A stretch of DNA of 29,307 bases from a virus (taxonomy: Duplodnaviria > Caudoviricetes). Shown here piece by piece: positions 15,884 to 24,949 of this stretch. The position numbers were made by a program, and so were the translations under genes. The notes under the pieces are model-generated. The model searched no databases. It saw nothing but the letters and a program-made list of their open reading frames with translations, and was not told the DNA's origin. The stretch's first letter is position 1. Every line of letters starts with the position of its first letter. The stretch is from IMG/VR virus record IMGVR_UViG_3300023214_000534, positions 1 to 29,307 of that record; one strand, written 5' to 3'.

Positions 15884-16375
15884 ATGACTATGTCGACATC
15901 GCTGACCAACCAGAGGTCGTTCGAGTATTTGATGGAGTCGCTGAGTTCTGCTCAGCGCCTCTACGTAGAAGCTCGTGCGAGGGGCTCGTTACCCGTGCCT
16001 GCCGCAAGGATCGCAGGATTTAGTGACGCGAACGAAGCCGCTAGGGTCTTGGAATCCGATCCAACCGTGCGCTCTGCGGTGGAGATGTGCATACGAACTG
16101 AAGCACACCGCCAAGCCCTGACGCGCAGTGACGTGCTCGAGAAGCTCCACGATGCGCTCATGGTCGCTGAGAACACGAGTGAGCAGGTCTCTGCACTGCG
16201 TGAGTACTCCAAGATTCAGGGCTACTATGAGCCTCAGCGGCTTGAGGTTTCGGGCGAAATCAAGCACTCCATAGAGCGTATGGCGCAGCTCAGTGACGTC
16301 GAGCTGGCCAAATTGACGGCGATTGACGGCGAATACACGCCGCTCGACTTCGAAGATGCCGAAACTAGATCTTGA
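15884..16375 (+). CDS. terS: terminase small subunit
   Basis: HTH-like LSSAQRLYVE...AARIAGFS, then LTRSDVL...ALRE..K..GYY; directly upstream of TerL. Confidence 0.75.
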   Translation: MTMSTSLTNQRSFEYLMESLSSAQRLYVEARARGSLPVPAARIAGFSDANEAARVLESDPTVRSAVEMCIRTEAHRQALTRSDVLEKLHDALMVAENTSEQVSALREYSKIQGYYEPQRLEVSGEIKHSIERMAQLSDVELAKLTAIDGEYTPLDFEDAETRS

Positions 16376-18059
16376 GCTTGATGTCATACTCACCGATGCT
16401 CCTGGGTGCTTACTCTGTGGCAAAAAAGTGGCCGCACCCGGCGCTTCGTACTGTGTGCAATGTGCGATGGGCGATACGCTAAGTCCTGGTGAGAAGATCG
16501 AGAACGAGCGAGAGGCCCGCCGGCAGGCCGAAGCGGAACTCGCCTCTCGTGAGCTTTGCCGGCGGCGCTTGCTGCCGCTCATCTTGCGCTTGAAGCCCGA
16601 TTACATAGCCGGGTGGTTCCATAAAGACCTCGCTGCACGTCTGGAGCGCTTCGTTTTTCGTATCGAAGCGGGTGAATCGCCCAAAATGATCATTAATGTC
16701 CCTCCGCGCCACGGCAAAAGCGAGCAGGCATCGAAGTGCTTGATCGCATGGGCGCTGGGGCGCAACCCCACTTGGCCGTTCATTGCGGCGACGCACTCCG
16801 ATAAATTGGCGGTTGATAATTCCCGAGACGTGCTTCAGTACTTGCGGGACGAGCGATATAAGGCCGTTTTCCCGGGCCTTGAGCTGGACAAGGACAACAA
16901 AGGGGCCACAGGCTGGCGCACGACTGCTGGCGGGGCCTACAAGCCGGTCGGTGTGGGTGCGGGTATTGCCGGCTACGGCGCCAAGGTGCTCATCATCGAC
17001 GATCCGCACCGAGATAGGGACGCCTACTCCGCCACCGTGCGCGAGACGCTATGGCGCTGGTACAAGTCCTCCGCTCGCACACGCTTGATGCCCGGCGCAG
17101 GGCAGCTGCTGATTCAGAATCGGTGGGTGCTCGACGACATGACGGGTATGGTGCTTGAGGAGGAGGGCCGGATAGAGGACGGCGGTGAGTGGGAAGTAGT
17201 GTGCTACCCCGCGCAGGCGACGGAGGACGAGTGGCGGCTGCCTAACGGCATCATTTCCCACACCCACGTCCCGGGGGCGGAGCTGCTACGCAAGAAAGGC
17301 GAGTTCTTGCATCCCGCGCGGTATGACTACAACGCCCTCAAGCAGCACATGGAAGATCCGGTCACTTGGCAGGCGCTGTTCCAGCAAGATCCAACGGCAG
17401 GTGACGCGGCGACGTTCACAGATGACTGTATTCATCTGGTGGACAAGGCCGATGTACCGAAGAACCTCGCCTACTACACGACGGTCGACTTGGCTATCAG
17501 CATGACCGAGCGCAGTGACTTCACGGTTTTGTTGCACTGCGGCCTCGATAGCGACGATAACCTCTGGGTCGTTGAGATGCAGCGGGGTCGATGGTCGACC
17601 ATGGAGATTCTAGACCACATCTTCGACAGCTACACGCGATATCGGCAGGAGTTCATTGGCATTGAGAAGGGCCAGCTACAGATGGCCATTCAGCCGTTGC
17701 TCGATAAGGTCTTGGGGGAGAAGATCAAGAGCAACCCGCTGCTGAGTTACATGGACGTGGGCGAGCTGGACCACTACAACAAGGACAAGCTGGCTCGCAC
17801 CGTGCCCATTAAGGGCCGGATGCAGCAAAAGAAAGTTTTCATCGTTCAGGACGAGCCATGGTCGCCCATTTTCTTGAAGGAGCTGCGTGAGTTCCCTGCG
17901 GGACGGCACGACGATTGCGTCGATACGTTGGCATGGCAGGGCATGCTGCTGTTTGAGATGGTCGGCCATCGCACGGTTGTCCGGCCCAAGCCCAAGAAGT
18001 CCTGGAAGGACAAGCTGACAGTTGCTGCCCGCGGTCGTCGGACGTTCATGTCCGCTTGA
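16356..18059 (+). CDS. terL: terminase large subunit
   Basis: Walker A PPRHGKS, Walker B LIIDDP, nuclease motifs VDLA and FPAGRHDDCVD; start chosen at ATG 16356. Confidence 0.95.
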   Translation: MPKLDLELDVILTDAPGCLLCGKKVAAPGASYCVQCAMGDTLSPGEKIENEREARRQAEAELASRELCRRRLLPLILRLKPDYIAGWFHKDLAARLERFVFRIEAGESPKMIINVPPRHGKSEQASKCLIAWALGRNPTWPFIAATHSDKLAVDNSRDVLQYLRDERYKAVFPGLELDKDNKGATGWRTTAGGAYKPVGVGAGIAGYGAKVLIIDDPHRDRDAYSATVRETLWRWYKSSARTRLMPGAGQLLIQNRWVLDDMTGMVLEEEGRIEDGGEWEVVCYPAQATEDEWRLPNGIISHTHVPGAELLRKKGEFLHPARYDYNALKQHMEDPVTWQALFQQDPTAGDAATFTDDCIHLVDKADVPKNLAYYTTVDLAISMTERSDFTVLLHCGLDSDDNLWVVEMQRGRWSTMEILDHIFDSYTRYRQEFIGIEKGQLQMAIQPLLDKVLGEKIKSNPLLSYMDVGELDHYNKDKLARTVPIKGRMQQKKVFIVQDEPWSPIFLKELREFPAGRHDDCVDTLAWQGMLLFEMVGHRTVVRPKPKKSWKDKLTVAARGRRTFMSA

Positions 18060-18061
18060 GA

Positions 18062-18090
18062 TAGCAGCCCCATTTCGTAGCATGTAGCGT
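18062..18090 (+). promoter_or_regulatory. candidate late promoter (portal)
   Basis: TAGCAGCCCC-N13-TAGCGT. Confidence 0.6.
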
Positions 18091-18100
18091 TCTCTCGATT

Positions 18101-20230
18101 ATGGTCGAAGCGACTGAATTCAACGATACGCCCGAGGCGATTGTAGACCGCAACTGGAGTGCGTTTCGGTTTGCCTACGATCAAACTGGGCACTCGCAGT
18201 ACGTCACGGACGCCAACAAGTTTCTGCGCTTCTATGCGTCTGAACAGTGGCGGGAGGAAGATCTCGCTGCTCTCGGGGACCGCCCCGCGCTGACTATCAA
18301 CATCGCCAAGAAGGTCATCAACGCGGTCATGGGCCGCTATTTGACCACGCGGGCGGATTTTCAGTGGAAACCAGCTAAGAACGCCACTAGAGATCAATCG
18401 ATAGTTCTTACGCAACTGTTTGATCAAATCCTTGAGCACAACAAATACGATCGCCTAGAGGGCCAGATGGTCCTCAATGCGATTAACTCCGATCGAGGCT
18501 ACATAGAGTTCTCCCTCAACTTCGACGACAACATTTTCGGAGAATTGAAGTTCCGCGAGCGTGATGGACGTGACGTCATCCTTGATCCTTCGGCGAATCG
18601 GTACGACCCGGCCACTTGGACCGAGGTAACGGTGGTCGATTGGCTGAGTCTCGACGATATTCGAACTACTTACGGTCGCGAAAAAGCGGAAAAACTACAG
18701 AGCCACGCTACTAGCGGCGACACTTTCGGTTCTGAGTCCGTTCGTTTCGGCGAGTCCAACACCCGTATCGCCCTCCCCGATGGCCCGCAGCGCAAGCAGC
18801 TCAGAACGGTGCGCGTCGTCAGCCGGCAGCACCGCAAGATGTCCCTGGTCAACGAGTTCGTGGATATAGAGACAGGTGACACGAGCGAGATCCCCGAGCA
18901 GTGGCCCTTGGAGCGGGTGCAGGCCGTTGCTGAGCAGTACGACTTACTCATTCGCCGGCGCATGAAATCGCGTATTCGCTGGACCGTGACGGCCGACAAG
19001 GTGCTTCTGCACGACGCTTGGTCGCCGTACGACGATTTCAACCTCGTTCCGTTTTTCCCCTACTTCGTGCCGGGTAAGCCTACTGGCATCATGCGCGACT
19101 TGGTGAGCCCCCAGGAGCAGCTCAACAAGACTGAATCTCAAGAGCTGCACATCGTCAATACTACGGCCAATAGCGGGTGGACGGTTGAGCAGGGCTCGTT
19201 GCTGAACATGAGCGTGCAGGATTTAGAGGAGCGCGGCGCGGAAACGGGGCTGGTTCTTGAGTACAAGAAGAACGCCAATCCGCCCGACAAGATCCAACCG
19301 AATTCCGTTCCGCCCGGCATCGACCGTGTCAGCCAGAAGGCAGCGGCCTATATCAGCGAGATTCCGGGCGTCACAGCGCTGACGGGCACCGAGCCCAAGT
19401 CCGAGGTGTCAGGTGTCGCGCTCGATCAAGCCAAGCGCAGCGCGCTGGGTGGCTTGGAGATCGTGTTCAACAACCTCGCTTATACGCGCGAGCTTTTAGC
19501 CATGGCCTGCTTGCGGGTAGTTCAGCGCTACTATACCGAGCCTCGAGTGATGCAGGCGACTGATTGGCGAGACCCAGACGAGCCGCAGCGCACCTTCGAG
19601 ATCAATACTGACGTCATCAACAACATCACGCTGGGTAAATACAGCGTGGTCGTGGGGTCGGCGCCGGCGCGAGATACCTTCGAGGAGACGCAGTTCGCCG
19701 AGGCGATGGAGATGCGCCGCGAGGGCGTGACCATACCCGATTACCACATCATCCGGTCGTCTCACTTAGCGAACAAGGACGCGATTGCCGAGGAGAGCAA
19801 GCGCTTGCAGGGTCTCGCTGAGCCGACGCAGGAGGAACAGGAGCTTCAGCAGGCCCAGCAGGAGCTGATGCTTCGTGGCTTGCAGGCCGAGGTAGCCGAG
19901 GCCGAAGCCAAGGCGGAAAAGCTCATGGCTGACACTTCGCTCGCCGAGGCCAAGGCGCAGACCGAGATCGCTGGCGAGGAGCGCGAGTCGGTGGCCCTTT
20001 CCACCGGCCGGCGTCTGGAGCTTCAGCGCTTGAGGGCCGACATTGCTAAGCACATGGCGACCTTGATGAACAAGCTGGAGCTGGCTGGTATTCACTCGGA
20101 AAGCAAAGATTCTCTGACTCGTTACACTTCGTTACTGGATTCCGCGGATAAACGTCTCAAGATTGCAAGTGACGCCGAAGCCGCTCGTCGGCAGAGCGAT
20201 TCCCGCGCGAGCCGCGATAACACTCAATAA
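18101..20230 (+). CDS. portal protein (P22/N4-like, long C-terminal coiled coil)
   Basis: 709 aa following TerL; FY..EQW...RPALTIN, G..RDL..PQ..LNK and SGVA motifs. Confidence 0.9.
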   Translation: MVEATEFNDTPEAIVDRNWSAFRFAYDQTGHSQYVTDANKFLRFYASEQWREEDLAALGDRPALTINIAKKVINAVMGRYLTTRADFQWKPAKNATRDQSIVLTQLFDQILEHNKYDRLEGQMVLNAINSDRGYIEFSLNFDDNIFGELKFRERDGRDVILDPSANRYDPATWTEVTVVDWLSLDDIRTTYGREKAEKLQSHATSGDTFGSESVRFGESNTRIALPDGPQRKQLRTVRVVSRQHRKMSLVNEFVDIETGDTSEIPEQWPLERVQAVAEQYDLLIRRRMKSRIRWTVTADKVLLHDAWSPYDDFNLVPFFPYFVPGKPTGIMRDLVSPQEQLNKTESQELHIVNTTANSGWTVEQGSLLNMSVQDLEERGAETGLVLEYKKNANPPDKIQPNSVPPGIDRVSQKAAAYISEIPGVTALTGTEPKSEVSGVALDQAKRSALGGLEIVFNNLAYTRELLAMACLRVVQRYYTEPRVMQATDWRDPDEPQRTFEINTDVINNITLGKYSVVVGSAPARDTFEETQFAEAMEMRREGVTIPDYHIIRSSHLANKDAIAEESKRLQGLAEPTQEEQELQQAQQELMLRGLQAEVAEAEAKAEKLMADTSLAEAKAQTEIAGEERESVALSTGRRLELQRLRADIAKHMATLMNKLELAGIHSESKDSLTRYTSLLDSADKRLKIASDAEAARRQSDSRASRDNTQ

Positions 20231-20247
20231 TAAGGAGCGCCTTTACC

Positions 20248-21285
20248 ATGGCCAAGAACGACAACCAGGATAACAACCAGGACAACCAGGACAACCAAGA
20301 CCTCGAGCCCCTCATTCGCGCCGGCGCTGAGCCGTTCGCCGACGAGGGGGATGATTCCCCGGGCGATCGGGGCGATTCGGTCGAGGCCAGCGCCGAGGCT
20401 CCTACTTCGCCCCCCGCTGAGGCCCCCGCTGAGGCCCCCGCTGAGGCCCCTGCTCCTGCCGCTGCCGCCAAGCCAACAGACGAGGGCGGCAAAACGGAAA
20501 CCCCGGCTGCTGAACCCCAGCAGGACGATCAGCAGGACGATCAGCGCGGCCCCAAGTGGATGCCCAAGGCTCGTTTCGACGAGGTCAACGAGCGCCGCAA
20601 GGCCGCCGAGGCCAAGCTCGCGGAGATCGAACAGCGCCAGCAGGCTGCTCAGCAGGCCGACGAGGGTACGTTCGACTTCGACGCCAAGGAGAAGGAGCAC
20701 GCTGAAGCGGTGCTCGACGGTGATGTCGACAAGGCCATCGCGATTCGCAAGGAGATTCGCGAGGCCGAACAGGCCCTCTACGAGAAGCGCTCCCACGCCT
20801 CTTCAGATCAGGTGCGCCAGCAGGCCATCGCTGAGATCAAGGCGCAGGAGACGATTGACGAGCTTACCAGAGCGTACTCGGTTTTCGACCCCGACAGTGA
20901 GTCTTACGATCAGGACATCACTGACGAGGCGCTCGCACTCAGTGAAGCGTTCCAGACCCGCCAGAACCTGTCGTTCGACAGCGCAATACGCAAAGCCGTG
21001 AACTACGTCGCCAAGCAGCACGACCTCAAGCCAACAGAAGCGGCGGCCCCGGCGGAAGGTCTGAACGGTCAGCCGGGCAAAAACGAGAGTGGCAAGCCTT
21101 CCCGAGAAGCCACCCAAGCGAAGGTGGACGAGGTCACGAGCGGGCAACCGCCCCAACACACGGCCAATCGTCGTGAAGAGGCGGGGGAACGCGCTATAAG
21201 TGATCTGAGCGACGAAGAGCTGGACGCGCTGCCCATCGCAACGTTGCAGCGTATGCGGGGTGACTTCGTCTCTGGTGCCGCGTAG
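20248..21285 (+). CDS. scaffolding protein
   Basis: Acidic, coiled-coil, MPKARFDEVN motif; lies between portal and capsid; AAGGAG RBS. Confidence 0.75.
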   Translation: MAKNDNQDNNQDNQDNQDLEPLIRAGAEPFADEGDDSPGDRGDSVEASAEAPTSPPAEAPAEAPAEAPAPAAAAKPTDEGGKTETPAAEPQQDDQQDDQRGPKWMPKARFDEVNERRKAAEAKLAEIEQRQQAAQQADEGTFDFDAKEKEHAEAVLDGDVDKAIAIRKEIREAEQALYEKRSHASSDQVRQQAIAEIKAQETIDELTRAYSVFDPDSESYDQDITDEALALSEAFQTRQNLSFDSAIRKAVNYVAKQHDLKPTEAAAPAEGLNGQPGKNESGKPSREATQAKVDEVTSGQPPQHTANRREEAGERAISDLSDEELDALPIATLQRMRGDFVSGAA

Positions 21286-21324
21286 CAACTTTCAATAACA
21301 AAATACGCCCTAAAGGCACCCTTG

Positions 21325-21355
21325 AGCCCCGTTTCAACCTGACGGGGCTTTTTTT
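21325..21355 (+). terminator. intrinsic terminator after scaffold
   Basis: AGCCCCGT / ACGGGGCT stem followed by a T run. Confidence 0.8.
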
Positions 21356-21362
21356 GCTGCAA

Positions 21363-21392
21363 TAGCAGCCCCTTACGGGCCCGCCGTAGAGT
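21363..21392 (+). promoter_or_regulatory. candidate late promoter (major capsid)
   Basis: TAGCAGCCCC-N14-TAGAGT immediately after the terminator. Confidence 0.6.
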
Positions 21393-21554
21393 CATAATCC
21401 TCGCTATCTACGAGCGCATCGTAGACGACCCTCCAGCCGGCGTAAACGGCTGCTATGCATGACTCGCCGTGGGCGCAAGGCGTAAAAACGCAGCGCAGAG
21501 AAATGTGTAGGGCAATTACGCCCGGAAAAACAAGAAAAACAGGAGGGTTTACCA

Positions 21555-22775
21555 GTGGCCAAGACCAACTTCGGTAAGCTGACCGACGAACAGAAGACGG
21601 TTTGGTCGCGCGAAATCTGGAAGACCGCGCGGCAGAACTCGTTTGCCATGAACCTGTCCGGTTCTGGCATGAATTCGGCGGTTCAGCGCATCACCGAACT
21701 CACCGAGACCGAGAAGGGCAAGAGCGCCGTTCTCACCCTCGTCCCTGATCTGGAAGGCGACGGCGTCGTAGGCGACTTCGAGCTGTGGGACAATGAGGAA
21801 GAGGCGAAAGCCAAGGACCAGAAGATCTTCATCGATCAGCTCCGGAACGCCAACCGCCTCAAGGGGCGCATGGCCAACCAGGAGTCGGTGGTCAACTTTC
21901 GCGAGACGTCGCGCGACCTGCTGTCCTACTGGATGGCGGACCGCATCGACCAGACTTTCTTCCTCACCGCATCTGGCTGGGATCCGCGCATGAAGACCAA
22001 CGGAGCGATCCGTACGGGCTTCTCCCACGATGGCACGACCTGGAGTCGCACCGCGGCTGCCGGCCATGCCCTGGTGGATCTGGAGTTCTTCAGCGATCCT
22101 GATGGCTCGGATGCGGACCGGGTGAAGGCCCCGAGCGCCAATCGGTATTTCCGATGGGACGGCACGTCCGGCGACCTGAAGTCCGGCGATGACAACACCA
22201 ACGTCGTCGCAGCGGATACGCCGTCGTACGCGATGCTGGTGGAGCTGAAGGCGTTTGCCAAAGACCGACGGCTGCGAACCATTCGTGGTGGCCAGGGTAC
22301 CGAGCTGTACCATGTGTTCATGCATCCCAAGGCCCTTGGCAAGCTGAAGCTCGACAGCGACTTCCTCGCCAACCTGCGTAACGCAGGTCAGCGCGGATCC
22401 AGCAATCCGCTGTTCAGCGGCGCCATCGTCACGGTTGACGGCATCGTGATCCACGAGAACACGCACGTCATCAACACGCTCGGTGCGACCGCCGGTACCT
22501 CTACGAATGTCGGTGATCCCGGCTACAAGTGGGGTCCGAATGCGGATGTCGACGGCTGTCGCATTCTCATGATGGGCGCGCAGGCGATCGGCCTCGTGGA
22601 CCTCGGTGCACCTTCTTTCGAGGAGGATAGCTGGGACTACGAGAACCAGAACGCCATCGCGATCGGCAAGATCTTCGGCCTGCTGAAGCCGCAGTGGTTC
22701 TCGCCGATGGACAACAGCGACATCGCAACCGAAAAGGAGGATTTCGGTATCGTCGCAGTTGACGTTGCCATCTAA
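21555..22775 (+). CDS. major capsid protein (N4-gp56/DUF4043-like)
   Basis: 406 aa with AGGAGG RBS and strong codon bias; motifs RITELT, L.GDGV.GD..L..NEE, IDQLR and NPLFSG. Confidence 0.88.
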   Translation: MAKTNFGKLTDEQKTVWSREIWKTARQNSFAMNLSGSGMNSAVQRITELTETEKGKSAVLTLVPDLEGDGVVGDFELWDNEEEAKAKDQKIFIDQLRNANRLKGRMANQESVVNFRETSRDLLSYWMADRIDQTFFLTASGWDPRMKTNGAIRTGFSHDGTTWSRTAAAGHALVDLEFFSDPDGSDADRVKAPSANRYFRWDGTSGDLKSGDDNTNVVAADTPSYAMLVELKAFAKDRRLRTIRGGQGTELYHVFMHPKALGKLKLDSDFLANLRNAGQRGSSNPLFSGAIVTVDGIVIHENTHVINTLGATAGTSTNVGDPGYKWGPNADVDGCRILMMGAQAIGLVDLGAPSFEEDSWDYENQNAIAIGKIFGLLKPQWFSPMDNSDIATEKEDFGIVAVDVAI

Positions 22776-22797
22776 CTCCTTCGCAGGAGCCGTGCCT

Positions 22798-22826
22798 GGG
22801 TGGCCCTTCGGGGCCACCCCCTTTTT
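22798..22826 (+). terminator. intrinsic terminator after capsid
   Basis: GGGTGGCCC-TTCG-GGGCCACCC followed by CCTTTTT. Confidence 0.85.
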
Positions 22827-22837
22827 AGGAGATCTCT

Positions 22838-23192
22838 GTGGGTATCAAAGTCCGCAATCCTTCCGATAAACCCGCCCGCGCGGCCATTCCCCAATGGTGT
22901 TCTAGCGCAGCTGCTGGAAAAGGGCTGCGAATTGCTTTCGAACGAAGCGGGCGTTGCATCACTCAAAGCGGGCTTGGCCGGTATTAGCCCTGATCCGGCA
23001 GAGCGGAGGGCTCAGGTCGATGAGGCGGTGAAACAGGTGCTACGCTCTGGTTTACCCCAGGATTTCACGGGGCAGGGCGCTCCGCGGGTCAGCGCCGTTC
23101 AGCCTCTACTGCCGTTCCATGTGACTCGCGAGGAAGTGCTCCAGTCCTTCGATGACATAGCGGCCGATGACCAAAGCCAGCGACATAGTTGA
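22838..23192 (+). CDS. virion-module hypothetical protein, apparently frameshifted near 22889-22892
   Basis: The RBS-supported GTG at 22838 is out of frame with the long ORF body (DFTGQGAPRVSAV...VTREEV). Confidence 0.5.
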
Positions 23193-23778
23193 TCGGGCCT
23201 CTCAGCTGCTCAACGACCGCGGTGAAGTGTGGCCTCGTAGCGAGTTGCTGGATTATCTGAACGCCGCCCTCGGCAAATTGGTTGATAAGGTTCCAGATCA
23301 GTTTGTCACGGACGAGGAGGTAGTACAGGTCGCTGGCGTTCAGCAAACGCTGCCGGCCGGCGGCGTGGCTTTCATGCGCCCGCTGCACAACGTCGATGGT
23401 CAAGGCAACGCAGGTCGTGCTCCGCGGCTTGTTTCTCGTGATCTGCTGGACCGCAGCTCCCCCAACTGGCAGTCAGCCACGCCGGGTGAGGCGCGCCAGG
23501 TCGCGCATGACCCCCGTTACCCCCGCACATGGTGGGTATCGCCGCCCCAGACCGGCGGTGAGAAGATGCGTATCGAATTCGTTAAGCGGGCAGATCTAAT
23601 TGACTTCGACGACCTTATCCCGGTGGATGCGCGCTATGAGTCTGCGCTGGTCAACTACGTCTTGTACCGGGCCCTTAGTAAAGACGAGGACTACGCGGCG
23701 CAAGATGGCCGGGCGGCGCTGCATTTCGCTGCTTTTCAGGATGACGTAGGCAATGGCCCAGATACAGGATCTAATTGA
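23167..23778 (+). CDS. head-tail adaptor-like virion protein
   Basis: KASDIVDRASQLLND...W...ELLDYLN and ALVNYVLYRALSKD pattern; positioned after the capsid. Confidence 0.7.
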   Translation: MTKASDIVDRASQLLNDRGEVWPRSELLDYLNAALGKLVDKVPDQFVTDEEVVQVAGVQQTLPAGGVAFMRPLHNVDGQGNAGRAPRLVSRDLLDRSSPNWQSATPGEARQVAHDPRYPRTWWVSPPQTGGEKMRIEFVKRADLIDFDDLIPVDARYESALVNYVLYRALSKDEDYAAQDGRAALHFAAFQDDVGNGPDTGSN

Positions 23779-24379
23779 GCCCCTGTTTCCGTTGGTCGGA
23801 GATGCGCCGGACCAACTGCTGATTTCGGCGTACCGGACCGCGGCTCGCGAGTTCCTCCGCAAGACCTACGCATGGAAATCGTTAGATTTGGCCATTGCGC
23901 AGGGGGCCGGTGCAGGGGAGTACGACATCACTCCGCCGACCGACGGGGAGGTATTCGACTTTACCTACGCCGAACATGAGAATCATCGTCTGGAGAAGCT
24001 GACATACGAGCAGGCACGCGCTCGCAACTTCTCTGATAGCGGCTCACCGCGGAAAGCTCGAATGGGCCCCCTCAATACCTTGATCTTGCAACCGGCCCCT
24101 GCTGCGGATGTCTCAGCGGAACTTACTGTTCGGGCTGTGATACGACCTACGAAAACAGCTGATGAACTACCTGACGACATCGTGGACCGTTTCTGCGAGT
24201 CGTTTGAATCGGGTGCGCTAGAGATTTTGATGCGCACGCCCAACCAACCATGGTCAGACATCAACATGTCTCGGTATTACCGGGGCCTGTTTCGGGATGA
24301 CATTGAGGAGGCGGAGTTACGAGCTACCGATGAGTTTATGCGCGGTGTACCGCGCAGGGTCAGGTACGGTGGGCTCTAA
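23753..24379 (+). CDS. second adaptor / tail tubular A-like virion protein
   Basis: AAREFL..T.AW and GAL..LM..PNQPWSD pattern; overlaps the previous gene. Confidence 0.65.
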   Translation: MAQIQDLIEPLFPLVGDAPDQLLISAYRTAAREFLRKTYAWKSLDLAIAQGAGAGEYDITPPTDGEVFDFTYAEHENHRLEKLTYEQARARNFSDSGSPRKARMGPLNTLILQPAPAADVSAELTVRAVIRPTKTADELPDDIVDRFCESFESGALEILMRTPNQPWSDINMSRYYRGLFRDDIEEAELRATDEFMRGVPRRVRYGGL

Positions 24380-24382
24380 CAC

Positions 24383-24946
24383 ATGGCGAAAAGATGCCCG
24401 GTTTGCGGTCACTGCAAACAACCAAAGGATTTTGGTGAGAATAGGTCGCGGCCCGGGCGAAAAGCTATCAACTGTTTGGCATGTGAGCGAGCGCGGGCGC
24501 GCCAATACCGAGCAACACTAGGTAGTCGACAGAATGTGGCCATCCCGGAACAAAAGAAATGCTGTCGGTGCGGGGTAACTCAGTACTCAGAGGCGTTTTT
24601 TCGTGATCGAACTCGTTCGGACGGGCTTTGCCACATGTGCAAGTCGTGCCGCCGGGTTTGGATGAGGTCCGAGAAACAAAGGGCTCGTCGACTTCTTACC
24701 AACGGCGTACGTAAATATAGGCAGAACAAATGTATGCCCCCATGGGCGGACAAGGAGGCCATCGAGCAGGTTTACAAAACAGCTGCGCGCGCAACTGAGT
24801 TGCTTGGAGAACTTCATCAGGTAGATCATATTGTGCCGCTCCAGGGCGACGGAGTCTGTGGTTTACATGTTCACTATAATCTTCGTGTTATCCCGCGCCA
24901 GGATAACTTACGCAAGGGTAACTCCATGCTGTGGGGGGATGAGTAA
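24383..24946 (+). CDS. HNH homing endonuclease with Zn-finger N-terminus
   Basis: Four CxxC pairs, PPWAD, and HQVDHIVPLQG..VCGLHV..NL......NLRKGN. Confidence 0.88.
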   Translation: MAKRCPVCGHCKQPKDFGENRSRPGRKAINCLACERARARQYRATLGSRQNVAIPEQKKCCRCGVTQYSEAFFRDRTRSDGLCHMCKSCRRVWMRSEKQRARRLLTNGVRKYRQNKCMPPWADKEAIEQVYKTAARATELLGELHQVDHIVPLQGDGVCGLHVHYNLRVIPRQDNLRKGNSMLWGDE

Positions 24947-24949
24947 GAA

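Noticed and set aside
20260-20450. Short tandem repeats (GACAACCAG; CCCCGCTGAGGC)
   Set aside because: In-frame low-complexity repeats in the disordered scaffold N-terminus; ordinary.
21549-22817. 422-aa - strand ORF
   Set aside because: Antisense shadow of the codon-biased capsid gene.
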